From: Spirogloea muscicola
Taxonomy: Eukaryota
Assembly: GCA_009602725.1 (NCBI GenBank)
Contig: WELB01000030.1
Coordinates: 626,447-690,446, forward strand
Length of the DNA stretch: 64,000 nt
Direction: 5' to 3'
In this document: positions 1 through 13,300 of the stretch, one piece after another
How positions within the stretch are numbered: the first letter of the stretch is position 1
How the letters are laid out: the number at the start of each line of letters is the position of its first letter
The notes under the pieces: generated by a model
Told to the model about the DNA's origin: nothing
What the model saw: only the letters and a program-made list of their open reading frames with translations
The model's database searches: none
Program-made: the position numbers and the translations under genes

Positions 1-2658
1 GATGAAGAAGAGCTCAATGAAGACCGCGCCGAAAGGTAGAATGCCTCCAATGAGGATGGAGAACACTGGGCGCATGTACCAGGCCTGCTCAGGGATCTGG
101 CGGGGAATCTTGTTGGTCCTCACGGGGTCTTCGATGGCAGGCTTCTTGAAGCCAAAGTAGCTGCCAATGAAGACAAGGGGCACAGAGATGCCAAACCAGA
201 GGAAGAAGAGCGCAAACATGGTGCCAAAAGGAACTGCTCCTGATGATTTCTCGCCCCAGATCAGGAAGTTGAGTATGGAGAAGAGGACGGATATGGTGCC
301 TGGGAAAAGGAAGGCAGTCTTGAGGGTGTTCATCTTCCAGTCGGTGCCCTTGAACATCTTGTAGAGGCGTGACGAGGAGTAGCCAGCGAAGAGGCCCATG
401 AAGACCCACAGGAGAAGCATGGCTGTTGTTAAGCCTCCGCGGTTGGCAGGTGACAAGAAGCCCAGTACGGCAAATGCCATGGTCACCACCGTCATGCCAA
501 AGAACTGCACGCCCGTTCCGACAAACACGCACAGTAGGCCCGCCTGCGATGGGGGCCGGAAGACATCCCCATGAACGAGCTTCCAACCAGTCTCCTCCTG
601 AGCCTCATCTTGCGTTTCAAGTTCGTTGTACTTTGATATGTCGCGGTGGAGAGTCCTCATCATGATCATGGCAACCATGCCCGACAGGAAAAGCACAATC
701 ATCAGTGAGTTGATGATAGAAAACCAGTGGATGTGGTCATCTGTCATGAGCAGGTATGTGTCCCAACGAGAGGCCCACTTGATCTCATTGTTCATCTGGA
801 AGACAAGACACACGCAGTGCTCTAGTCAGCTGCCATAGCAGATACTTACACCCACCACAACCTGTACAGTCCTCTCTCCCACTGCGTTCTTTTGAACAAG
901 TCAAGCAACACCAGACCAGCGAGGTCCACTTCAGTGTTACTAATGCAAGATAACTGGCAAAAGTTTGTACCACCATCTGAAGATACAGCATGTGCTGCTG
1001 ACATCCTTCCTTAGGTCACCAAGGTAGGACACACAAATGGACGGCAAGGGTGATTATTGTCATGCAAATGATGCTCAAGTGGATGAAACATTCAATGATG
1101 GTCTGAATATGTCACTTGTAAGCCGGCAGTAAGCTGACCGTGAAATTGACGTCATGTGTGAAGATGATCTCGTCATTCTCCTCCACAGTCTGAAGGTCTG
1201 CTATGCGCTCCTCCACAAACTTCTTCTTCATGGGGTTGCAGGTATTCAGACGGGGCTTCATGGGGTCGAAAACACCGTCGTATGTATGCTTGATGCTGTC
1301 AACATCGAATAACACAAGTGCTTGCGTTACACACAGTCCTAGCGACCAACAGCAACAGTGGCTGGCCAAAAGGTGGAAGAGCTGATCATGAGACATAGAC
1401 TAGGTCAAGATGGAAGGGCCTGCTTCCCAAACCTTGGTGGCTACTACGGACTCTGTATGACACACTCTTGTGTCATGCAGTATTAACAGCCTCATCACCC
1501 TGCTCATCACCCGGCTCTGACCTATATAAGGTCCACAATATGATGTGCCTACTGCACACTGCTTCCCGCACAAGGCAGGCTGCACCGAACGAAATCTGCG
1601 GCATACCTGACAGGTTTGACCTCAAATCCTACGATGCGAGACGTCTCCGTGTTGGGATCCTTATGGATGAGGACAGTGAAGCTCAGGTGATTGTGGATGG
1701 CATAAGTGCCCTGCACAAGTGACAGTTCCCGGGTAGAATGTATCAGAGGCATGCAATGAGAGCCCCAACATGAAACTCGGGGGTGCAGAGAAAACAGCAG
1801 GCAGTTGCGGTGGACGGGCAATTGAATGGGTGACGGAACATACCTCCACCTTCTTTCCAACAGTGTATCCACGTTCATAGGTAGTGTACTTGCCATTCTC
1901 CAACTCGTGCACCTTGGGCATTGCTACTGGCAAATTGTCCAGAATCCTGAGGCGACAACAAGAGCTTAGCCAGCCACCAAGAGAGAACGGGCAGTAGCTT
2001 GTGACAAGTACACTGCATGTTGGCAGATACGCACAGCCTCATATGATCAGCTCACCCTTTGCTTACATGTTCACGCGATAATCCTCGTCAATGCGCTCTT
2101 TGAACAACTTGGACTCGTCGGCCGACAGCTTGTCTATTCTGCAGAGGAACTTGCACTGCTCATCATTCTCCATGGAGAACTGCACCAACGCACATGTGCT
2201 GGTTGCAAGTGTAAGATAGTGTAGCCAGGACGCAGTACTTTCCAAGAAAGTCGCGCGAAGAATTAGAGTCGTCCTTCTCATCACAAACAACCGCAGAAGA
2301 GCAACCTCAAGTCCAGCAATAGCATTTGAACTCACAATGTACACAGAATTCTCGATGCGATCTCCCCGGAGGACCTCTCCCAGATTCTCGGCGCTGTTGA
2401 CAATCTTGTCTGGCCGGCAGAAAGGGAGAGTGTAGTATTCGTATGGCAGCTGTGTCCTGGTGGACGACAGCTTGTTCACCTTGATTGTCATGGGAGCATC
2501 CTGATTGTTGACAGGGCAGAACGAAGGCGTCATCTTTCAGCAAGGGGAAGGGATCTTGCCCGAAGGAGACTGGCGGCGAGGTAGCCGTCCTCGACTGGCG
2601 AAAACCACGGCAAGCAGACGGGATCTGCGACGGAGGGCTGCTGGCAGGGAGAAGGATG
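1..2658 (-). CDS. Transmembrane 9 superfamily / endomembrane protein 70 (TM9SF/TMN), multi-exon, partial at both ends
   Basis: Exons translate to IKVNKLSSTRTQLPYEYYTLPFCRP..AENLGEVLRGDRIENS, NHLSFTVLIHKDPNTETSRIVGFEVKP, HWFSIINSLMIVLFLSGMVAMIMMRTL and a C-terminal TM region (GGILPFGAVFIELFFI). These are TM9SF motifs. The 5' end is in the N gap and the 3' end runs off the window. Confidence 0.95.
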
Positions 2659-2726
2659 NNNNNNNNNNNNNNNNNNNNNNNNNNNNNNNNNNNNNNNNNN
2701 NNNNNNNNNNNNNNNNNNNNNNNNNG

Positions 2727-2795
<69 letters not shown>

Positions 2796-3392
2796 AAAAN
2801 NNNNNNNNNNNNNNNNNNNNNNNNNNNNNNNNNNNNNNNNNNNNNNNNNNNNNNNNNNNNNNNNNNNNNNNNNNNNNNNNNNNNNNNNNNNNNNNNNNNN
2901 NNNNNNNNNNNNNNNNNNNNNNNNNNNNNNNNNNNNNNNNNNNNNNNNNNNNNNNNNNNNNNNNNNNNNNNNNNNNNNNNNNNNNNNNNNNNNNNNNNNN
3001 NNNNNNNNNNNNNNNNNNNNNNNNNNNNNNNNNNNNNNNNNNNNNNNNNNNNNNNNNNNNNNNNNNNNNNNNNNNNNNNNNNNNNNNNNNNNNNNNNNNN
3101 NNNNNNNNNNNNNNNNNNNNNNNNNNNNNNNNNNNNNNNNNNNNNNNNNNNNNNNNNNNNNNNNNNNNNNNNNNNNNNNNNNNNNNNNNNNNNNNNNNNN
3201 NNNNNNNNNNNNNNNNNNNNNNNNNNNNNNNNNNNNNNNNNNNNNNNNNNNNNNNNNNNNNNNNNNNNNNNNNNNNNNNNNNNNNNNNNNNNNNNNNNNN
3301 NNNNNNNNNNNNNNNNNNNNNNAGCGCCGGTCGCGCCGCGCGCCAGGCGCGGAGTTCGCGGCGGCGCGCCATCCATTCCCATTCTCGCCACG

Positions 3393-5608
3393 ATGTTTGA
3401 CCCGGCGGGCGTCTCGCAGCTGCTCGGCGCGTCCTACCTCGGCAGCCGGCTGGCCCCCGGCCGCCCGGTGGCGGCGCGCCCCGATCTGGCGGCGGCGGGG
3501 CTGCCCGGCCTGCGCCTGCCCGTGAACCCCGCCTTCGCCACGCCGCTGGCTGATCTGACCGCCGTCAAGCGCGTGGCGCCGCACTTCATCCCGGCCGCCA
3601 CCGAGGGCAAGGGGGGCGTGAAGAAGGGGTCCGTCGCCGGCTTCCTCGTCGACTTCCTCATGGGCGGCGTGTCGGCCGCCGTCTCCAAGACCGCCGCCGC
3701 CCCCATCGAGCGCGTCAAGCTCCTGATCCAGAACCAGGACGAGATGATCAAGCAGGGGCGCCTGTCGGAGCCGTACAAGGGCATCGGCGAGTGCTTTGGC
3801 CGCACCATCAAGGACGAGGGCGTCCTGGCTCTGTGGCGTGGCAACACCGCCAACGTCATCCGCTACTTCCCCACCCAGGTCCTTGCAGAGGCCTCGGAGC
3901 ACCCTAACCGGCTCGCAAGTGCGAACCTAGGGCTATATATGTATACATCATAGATGTTCTCTATATGTGCGCTTGCTTGAAATCTGCTAATCACGAGTAC
4001 GAGATGCGACGCATATGGCAGGCTCTGAACTTTGCGTTCAAGGACTACTTCAAGAAGCTATTCGGGTTCAAGAAGGACAGGGATGGTTACTGGAAGTGGT
4101 TCGCCGGCAACCTCGCTTCTGGAGGCGCAGCTGGCGCTGCTTCCCTTGCCTTTGTCTACTCTCTGGACTATGCTCGTACGCGCCTTGCCAATGACAACAA
4201 ATCTGCCAAGAAGGGAGGCGAGCGTCAGTTCAACGGCCTTATTGATGTTTACAGGCAACTTCCAATACCTGCCGCTGTTCTGAGCCTCCATTTGTTCACA
4301 AAACTCAGTGTTGCATCTTGCTGTCAGCTCTGATTAGCGAGCCTAGCTGTGCCCCTCAAGGTCCATCCTGAATGCATCTACACAATCTAAAGCTGGATAT
4401 GTAATGAAAATGCAGGAAGACCCTCGCCACTGATGGCATTGCTGGACTTTACCGTGGTTTTACCATTTCGTGCGTGGGAATCATTGTGTACCGTGGCCTG
4501 TACTTTGGAATGTACGATTCTCTAAAGCCTGTGGTCCTGACTGGGAACCTTGAGGTAGAGTTCACAACTTCATGTAGACCACATTATATATGACTCAGAT
4601 CGCAAGATTGCTGTGTGGTTGCCGCATTGTTCTTTCATCAAGAGCCTCTTTGAGCTCAATGTCTCTTGGTATTGGCACTGCTCTGCACCCTGCTTAAAGT
4701 TGTTGGCAATGCTGCTCGCAGAGTCGTTGGGGTCAACGTGGCACCTTGTGTCTAGTTTTGTTGGGCTCATGCTTATCTGTGTACATTGGTTTGTGCAATG
4801 TATGAGCAGGGAAGCTTCTTGGCCAGTTTCTTGCTGGGCTGGGGTATTACTATCGGAGCAGGCCTGGCTTCATATCCTATTGATACTGTCCGCCGTCGCA
4901 TGATGATGACGTCTGGACAAGCCGTCAAATACAAGAGCTCCGTTGATGCTTTCAGTCAGGTACCTGAAAGATCGCACAAGCTACCGAATCAAACAGCAGA
5001 TGACCAGACTGTAGGATGACAATTTGATATAGGTAGTCCACCTTGTCCAGCTTGTCAGTCAGTTGTGGTATATTGCTCTTGTCAATATCACATTGTCCGT
5101 TCCAAGCAGAGTGACCTTGCTGTTTCATTCTGCAGATTATGGCCAAGGAAGGTGTGTCATCGTTGTTCAAGGGAGCTGGGGCAAATATTCTTCGTGCAGT
5201 TGCTGGTGCTGGAGTACTTGCTGGCTATGATCAGTTGCAGGTCTGGCTATATCCTTGCAGCATCTTCTTCTCGTGTTCAGAATGTGCTTGGAGGAGAGTG
5301 ACTTGTTAGGAACGTCAGGCCTTTCTGCCAGCTATGTGAAGAGGCATTGTGCCTCCAGAGACTTGTCTGTAACTAGCAGTGCAAGCATTGGGCTCGAAGC
5401 ATCTCGTATCTCTAAATGGATCTTAGATCCACCCAGTAGATGTCATTGCTGCTGTCTTTTAGTAATCACGTTCAATAATCCACTTGGAATGCTCTCCAGT
5501 TGGTGCTTCACTTACTGCGGTGAGTACATTAACGTTGCTACTTGCCTGCTGGCGTGGACCTTGCAGTTGCTCTTCTTTGGCAAAGCCTACGGCGGTGGAG
5601 GCGGTTAG
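3393..5608 (+). CDS. AAC: Mitochondrial ADP/ATP carrier with plant-type N-terminal extension, multi-exon
   Basis: [54 protein letters not shown] and the signature [14 protein letters not shown]. Ends [14 protein letters not shown] at 5608. ATG 3393 is the first in-frame ATG after the gap. Confidence 0.97.
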
Positions 5609-7025
5609 AGTTGAGGCCAATTTGAGCTTTCTAGTTGGTGCCGATCCATGGAGAAGTACGCATGTGCTCAGTTTGCGGGGGCGTGATGGGAGTGAGTATG
5701 GGACAATGTCATCTTTTGTAGTGGCTTGAAGTCCAGCAACTGGACACAAGATCAAAGCGTAGACTGAGATGCCGCTTAGCTGTTTATGCAAGCCATGCAA
5801 TGCCACAATAGAGGACATCTGTTGACCAGTGATTTATAACTTTGGCTCAACAATGCCCTGGTGCTGCCACGGACTCTGGACATGTTGAGTTGGGTACCTG
5901 CACGTCTGGCCTTATGTTCTGCTGCACTTTTGTTTGTCATCACCTGTGAGAGGTCGTTAGGGCCAGGCTGCCCAAGGGCCATCATTGGAGGTTCTTGTTC
6001 GCTGTTGATGTATGGTGAGCGCCTGCCTTGCAAGGAACATGGACAGAGATTAAAATCCTGCATGTGATCTTCCAAGCAATGCGAGCCACATTGCAAGCAA
6101 TGCCTGTTGGTGCTAAATGCTAGGCATTAGTGACACGCACAACTACGTACATTGCTGATGGCATTGTCACATGGAGATTAGATGCTTATCTCCACCATTG
6201 TATCCCAGTCGCTTGCAAGTCGGCAACTTCGCAACGAACTCTGTGCATCCATCTCAACTGCTACTGTGATGCAACCTCCTGCGACAAAGAGTGCATTCAT
6301 GCTTTGCTATTCTGGACATGTGCATGCATCAAGTTTTCGAACCCGGGGCTTGAAGCTGGAGAGTGCGGCCTTTGGCAGATTCATGCTGCAGCCTGCTCCA
6401 CATGTCTTGGTGATGTGCTGGACCAGTGAGTGGAGGGCAGTGCTTACATACTCATGATACAGACACTGCTTCTCAAGGCAGAGGGCCAATGAGCTTACAG
6501 AAAACTAACTCCAGCAGGAATATCCCCTCGCGAAGCTGGACCATCTTCCAGGTCTGACATCAACTGTGATGTATTGACTAGAGTTGGAGCCGTGCTGCAG
6601 GAGTTGGCTGCTGCTCGACCTGCTAGTCCACCCTCACCCACGGGCAGCTTTCATATGATAGATTAAATTGGACTACTTTGCCAGAGGTCAAGTAGGGCCA
6701 CACCGCTAGGCTTGACCTGCTTGAGAGCTACAGCTTCAACTCTCTCCAATCAATGGGACTCGCTTCAAGACCGCCAATACAGTAAAATGTCTGTCATCAT
6801 CCTCTACTATCTTTCAAGGGCGGCTGCTGCATTGGACGACAGGCAAATGCTTGCACTTTGCAAATCGACTTTGACAATGCAGGAGTGCAAGCCACTCAAT
6901 GAGGAGCGTGAGGAGAGTCTAAGTACTAAATTGCCGCAATAAGGATTTCAGGTCACACAGTACGACGCAGGGGCCGGCTGCCAGCCTGCGCACACTGCCC
7001 GCTCTGCGTTGCTTTGCTAAGAGCG

Positions 7026-8846
7026 TCAGTCCTCGTCCTCTGAATCTGCAAGAAGCAGCACCCAAAGAGCATCGCAGTGGTCACCAACAGTGTGCTCTGC
7101 AGGGCGAGCACACTTATGCAGGAGAGTTTGCTCTTTGAAGCGAATGTCCTGCCACAGCATGATCAGGTTTCGTGTGCGGTGGATGGCGCACCTTCGCGAT
7201 CGTCCTTGGCCACGGTGCCGGATGCGAATAGCTGCTTGACGAGGATGCGGTAGATGAGGATCCACCAGTAAATGTGCAGCACGAGCAGCATGATAAGCAG
7301 CGTGTTGAAGGTGTAGTAGAGCACCGGACCATCGTACTTGTGCTTCTCCTTGTTCAGCACCTTGAGCACCTCGTAGCTGCCGCACACAGAAATGCATCTT
7401 GCTGTCAGCAGTGGCAGCAGCGGCGGCTGCAAAGCCGTTGTGCTTTCGTGTAGTAATCTTACGAGCCGGCGGCTTAAGATCAGGCCTCGAAGATGGAGAA
7501 GTTAGGCTTACAGCTTCATCGAATGTAAATGCACGCTCTGAGATGATAGATTTTAGGATTCTGGGGCTGAGGGTTAGGGGTCAGAACTGCAAGGGCTAGA
7601 ATTAGATACTGGGAGCCGGAGCCGGGCGAGCGTACGTGGTGCTCCAGATGACCCAGAACGGGTAGTAGACGAGGCGCAGGAGCAGCCAGGAGAGCGCAAA
7701 GAGCGCAAAGTTGGTGGTGGCGCCGAGGTCGAACTGGCAGTAGCGGCTGAGCTTCGCCAGCTCCAGCCACACATCGCTCGCGTCGTGGATGGCCACCACC
7801 ACCGACCCGATGCGCGCAAACCTGGCCGTGCTTGGCGGCAAGTCAGAAGCCGACTTGCACTTAGCATTGATACAGTACTCAATTTCACTCCATCCGCTTT
7901 AGACCTACGCACGTATGCTACTTGACATTGTGCGCTTCGATGCGATGCTACAATTCTCCCGGGCGTGTCTTGTGGTCACTTGCAAGCCACGTAACATGCG
8001 CGGCTTGCTGGGGCTTGCTCGAAGATCGTTGTGGGCCGAGGACAGCACGGGAGGCAGCGGCGCACCTGGCAACGTAGGAGAAGACGATGAGGAGGACGGA
8101 GGCGACGTGGTGGGCCATGGAGACGCCGAAGTCCTTGCGGCGCGTCTCCCAGAACACGAGCGCAAAGATGGAGTAGGTGTAGAACCCCCCCATGAACATG
8201 TACAGCGTCTTGAGCTTATACCTACACAACAGGCAGAGCCATGGCCATTTGAAGAACCCCAGGGTTTAGCACTCTGCAGTAGATCCAAAGATCCATCACT
8301 TCATCCGTTGACAGGGATAGATAGCCCTCTCGCCGTATTGGAATATTAAGCTTTGTTTCCTTACTCCTTGTGGTAAGTGATCTGAAGCTACTAAGACACT
8401 GCTGGATCCTGACTCACAACAATAGAAGACAAGGAAAAAGTAGCGTACTCCAGTCATGATTTATGCGATGTGATGGGCAATACACGCGTTATGGTAACCA
8501 ATCAGAAGGTACTAAGACACTGGTGGAGCCTGACTTTCCAATGACAGAAGCCAGAGAAATACCAGAAACCTAACACCTACAAACCCATAAACTCCCCTAA
8601 ACGCATATCTCTCAGGTGGATAGATGGGGGGTGGGGCGCCCACTTGATGAGCTGGTCGGGCCAGCACTGGTCGCCGGGGCCGAGCCAGTACTTCTCGGTG
8701 TCCAGGAACCAGGGCTCGGGCACGGTGACGGCCAGCGCCAGCAGCTCGGACGCGCTGTAGTACGTCGCCTTCCAGCACGACTCCTTGAACTTGGCGTGCG
8801 TGCGCGCCAGCGCTGCCGCGCCCGCCTCGCCGCCGCCGCCGCCCGC
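7026..8846 (-). CDS. LAG1/LOH-family ceramide synthase (TLC domain), 5' part missing at the N at 8847
   Basis: [49 protein letters not shown] (Lag1 motif), [14 protein letters not shown], and an acidic end DSEDED*. Confidence 0.93.
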
Positions 8847-9121
8847 NTCTGCGAACCGCAATACTAGTAGCTGTTGATCTGTGACTCTGGGAAAGAGTCA
8901 GCTATGCAAACACAGTCAAGGTCACTTTGTGGTGAAGTGCATGCAAGAAGACAGACCTGCCGACCACACTTCATAGAAAATCGATCTGCACAGATGTAGC
9001 TTCTCATGTCTGGCTGTATACCTGCTAAGGACAGTGGCATCTCCAATACTTTATGCACACACCGGAGCTGTCTCTATGACCAAGTACATTCTGCTCCTCT
9101 GGAGAGTCTGGCCTTGGCGCA

Positions 9122-10222
9122 CCTGCTGCGGATTGAAGGTGCGGGCGTCGGCGCCGCTGCTGTCATCTGACACCGTCAGGAAGGTCGCCCACAGGATGAG
9201 CTGCACAGGCGGCAAGCCGAAGGCGTATCGGAGGCTGGTCAAGCACAGGGCGAACCCGCAGCAATTACTAAATTGCTGGATCAGTGTTGACAGACGAAAT
9301 AATATGACTGCACCATGGATGCTCAACACATTACATTCTCAGCATATTAACTCGCTTCATAACAGCAAGACACCCAACAGGCAGCACAAGCAGGGGCCCG
9401 ACAGCCGCCATTGCGAGGAGAGCGATTGCAAGTGTTATGGTCAGCATCGGCATCAGTCTACTGCTGCCGTGCAAACATAAGTATACCCATATGTTGCATA
9501 GCAACTGATTGGACTTGGTGCCTGTCTTAGCGTGACTACAGGTAATTAAGCAGATGTGATTGGGGTGGTCGTTAAACCTTGAGCAGCGTGGTGGCAGCGT
9601 AGACGGCGGCGGCCTTGAGCGATGCGCCCCAGGTGCCATACTCCGACCTGGGGGCCAGATTGCTTGGAGAAATGAACAAAGTGTCTCTTATGTTTCTGTT
9701 TACTATCACTTCTTTGGTCTCTATCTACCGCGGCTCGGCCGCGTGAGGCCTTCTTGGTGGGGAGCCGGCAAGGGGCCATCGCTTAGAAAGACTGCAATGT
9801 GATCAGCCTAACACACATCACTAAGAGTCCTCTTTTATGGAAACAGGTGCGGAAAATGGGGGGGGTGCGGGGAACAAGTCAAGCGGTGGGACAGCGACTG
9901 CTGCCATGCTCTTCTTCGGACTTGATCCCTGCACCTCTCATCTGCTGCTCTCCACTCTTAATTCCCTATCCCAGATAGCTGTCGCAGTGACATCGCCGCG
10001 GGGTCGAGCCGCCGAAGGAGGAATGCGGTAGAATACGCGGATATGAAGATCTGGAGTCTAGGCTTCAGGCTTGGCTTTCGAGAGATCGGGGGTTCGAGGC
10101 TTGGGCGAGGAGCAAGTTGACGGGGCTCAGGGCGGCGGCGCTGACAGCGGCGTGGCCTTGTAGTAGACGGCGTGCGGCCCGAAGGCGAGCGCCGCGCAGC
10201 TGAGGAAGTGGAGGAGCGTCAT
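9122..10222 (-). CDS. TMEM147: TMEM147 homolog, first three exons only; the rest is lost at or near the N at 8847
   Basis: Not in the ORF track as a whole; read directly. Exon 1 (ATG 10222) MTLLHFLSCAALAFGPHAVYYKATPL, exon 2 (~9647-9578) SEYGTWGASLKAAAVYAATTLLK, exon 3 (~9201-9122) LILWATFLTVSDDSSGADARTFNPQQ. This matches the recalled plant TMEM147 N-terminus. Confidence 0.88.
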
Positions 10223-10298
10223 CGCCGCCCGCCCCCCGCCGCCGCCGCCGCCGCCACCGCTAGCGGCTGCTCTCTTTTGCCGTGAAAGACAATGGCCA

Positions 10299-10336
<38 letters not shown>

Positions 10337-10338
10337 AG

Positions 10339-13300
10339 GTCCCGGAGTCGTACCGGGAGCGCCGCGTGGAGCGCGCCCTGCAGATGCATCCCTCGCTCGT
10401 CGGCCGCCTGCAGCTCGACGCCGTCCTCAACGTGTGGACCCCTTCTCTAACGACTCCTTGACGCTAGCAGCCGCTTCTTTCCCCACTAGTTGGTGCACCG
10501 TCGTCGTCGTCGCCGTTGCCGTGATTGCCGCCGTGACTCGAGCGCCGACGCCGCCCCGCCAACGCCGCCGCCGCTGCGTGGGCGCCGTGACGCCGACGGC
10601 AGGGCCACTCGGGCTGCGTCAACACCATCGCGTGGAACCGCGCCGGCAGCCTCCTCGTCTCCGGCTCCGACGACACCAACGTGGGCTCCGCCCTCCCATA
10701 CCTCGTAGCCGCTGCGGCCACTGTCGGCTGTCGGCTGCTCGGCCTGCTCAGCGGCCCCGTCGGCAGTGCTCGCCGCGGGGCCTTCATCCCATCGTGATCA
10801 TTGCGCTTCTGCCCGCCTTCGGCGGCCTGCTCAATGGCGAGAGCCCCTCCCCGCATCGTGGCGAGTGCCCCGCAGATCAACATCTGGGACTACTGCTCGC
10901 GAGCCCTGCTGCTGAGTGCCAAGTCAGGCCACAGCCAGAACGTCTTCTGCACCAAGTTCGTGCCGGAGACCGGCGACGCCCTCGTCGCCTCCGGCGCCGG
11001 CGATGGCGAGGTGCACCTCCTGGTTGCTCCATGCAAGCTGCTGACAGGCCAGGCAGGGCCGTAGGGGAAGCCCTCACCTGTGGAGGCTGTGCCAAGTTCG
11101 ACGGCGAGCCAAGTTCGACGGCAATTGGAGCTCCTCACAGAGCCGGCCTGTGGTGGCAATGTGCGGCGCAGGTTCGGGTGAATTGCGTCAGCCAGCTCGG
11201 CGGCAAGGGCGCCGCAGCACAGTCGCACACCGTCTTCGGCTGCCACTCCAGGAGGGTCAAGAAGCTCGCGGTATGTAGCTCGGGGAGCATCGCCCAGTTC
11301 ATCAGTGCTGCTCCTCCACATTCTCTTGCTCAAGTCACGTGCAGCGGTGCTACTCGCTCGTCCCTGGGAGACCGTCGCTTGCCTGGCCAGCAGCTGTGCC
11401 GCACCTCCGCCACCGCAACAGTTGTGGAGGCCCTCACTCGGGCGGGCAGCTCTGTCGCTTGAGTCGTTGGTCTGACGCCGAGAGCGGCGGCGGCCTGCCG
11501 TCGTTGGCACGCCGGCAGGTGGAGGAGGGCAACCCCTACCTGGTCTGGAGCGCGAGCGAGGACGGGACTCTGCGGCAGCACGATCTGCGCGAGCCCAACT
11601 TCTGCTCGGCGCCCCTCTCCTCGCACGAGGAGTGTCGCAGCATTCTGGTCAGCCAGCGCCTCCTGCATGCGCCGCGCCAGTTCAGGAGTGCAAGCGTTGC
11701 CCACATCTGGAGCTGGCCCCCGAAGCAGAGGACACGGCAGACTTGTGAAGAGCGCCAGCTTCTTGCGGCGCTGCCTGTCCTCCCGTGTGCTGACTGCTAG
11801 TGTTGGCTCGCTGTGCTCTGTGCAGCTCGACCTGCGGAGCGCAGCGAAGCGGTCGCTCCTGGCGCCGCCCAAGCATACGCTGGCGCTCAAGACGTGCGCG
11901 CTGAGCCCCACGCGGCCCCACCACCTGCTCGTTGGAGGGAGGTTTGTTGTGCCGCCATTTCAACCACCATCTGACCTCCAAATCAGTCATCCGTATTGTT
12001 GGCAACGTGCTCCGCGCTCAATGCAAGCATAGTGATTGGCAAGGCAGGCAGCTTCTTGGGGCTTGAGGTTCAGGAGTTAAGGTTTAGATCAGCTGATTAA
12101 GCCTATGCCCATGAGCGGCTTATGGTCATGTTAAGGTCGTGGCTGCGCCATCTGCTATGTTGATAGGACTCACTCATGAGTATGGATGCCTGTTGTCACG
12201 TGTTGCAGTGACGCATTCGCACGTCTGTACGATCGGCGCATGCTCCCGGGCCCTGGCTCGTTGTCACCCTCGCCAGAGGCGCCTGCACCTGTCTGCTACT
12301 TTGCCCCTGCTCATCTCTCTAGTCTGGTACGAAAAAGTCGCTGCCGCTCCTCAGACCAGCTTGCAGATCTTGTCCATTGCTTCAAGCCTCTCACACATCA
12401 GATCGTCAGCCGAGCGTGTCAGGGCTTGACACACGACCAGCACTGTCATGCAGAGCCGGTCCTCCAGCCTCCATCTCACGCATGTGACGTTTAGCCCCGA
12501 CGGCAGGGAGGTCCTGCTGAGCTACAGCGGCGAGCACGTCTACCTCATGGATGCCAACAACCGTGAGACACCTTTGCCTCTACAGTTGCAACATGCCTAC
12601 AATGTGCAGTATAGGCATACGCCGCCACGACCACAATCCTGGCAATACTTGGCTTTCAGAGCATACTGCTCATACTTGAACAGTGGTTATCCTCCAACAT
12701 CGATTGATAGAGGCATCAGGTGTCGCTGACTGCCAGTTCAGCTTCGGCCGGCAGTCCAGGATGGAGACATGTTGTACACTGCGGCCGATGCTGCGGCCAG
12801 ATGCAAGGTGGCACCCCTCAGCAACGGCACAAGCCGGAGCTCTCTGCCGCGAGCTGCTTCCGGCCAGCTCACAGGCAGCCGGGCTCGCATCTACGAGGTT
12901 TGCCCATGCAAGGCCTCAGCCACTTCAGGCCCCTCTGTGTCATTCTGAGATTTCTTAATGGTCTAGAACAGTGTGACACTAGTAGCGACCTGAGGGCATC
13001 TTGCTTCGCGACTTTGCAGGATCTGGAGGCACTTTTTGAGAGGGCCAAGATGCTCATGTGCTCAAAGGGTGACTCGTCAAGTCGGGACTACACACTGGCC
13101 GCCGCGCTCTGCACTGAGGTCCTGGAGGAGGGAGGGAGGGAGGCTGGGCCTGGCCTCCGACACGACTGCCTGTGCATGCGTGCCAATGCGTACAGAGAGG
13201 TGCGATAAGATTAGATTTGCATTGCGCCAATGTTTCTCTGACAATGGAAAGCATAAATATTGTGCTGTTCTTTAGAATGCCAGTCTGCTTAAGCAACTCA

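Noticed and set aside
2307..3953. Long ORFs spanning N gaps (also at 18-19 kb, 29-30 kb, 48-50 kb and 61-63 kb)
   Set aside because: They are open only because N and GC-rich tracts lack stop codons.
7026..10222. Apparent TMEM147-LAG1 fusion gene on the minus strand
   Set aside because: Both genes are cut at or near a single N (8847) where composition changes abruptly. This is most simply an under-sized scaffold gap hiding the TMEM147 3' end and the LAG1 5' end.
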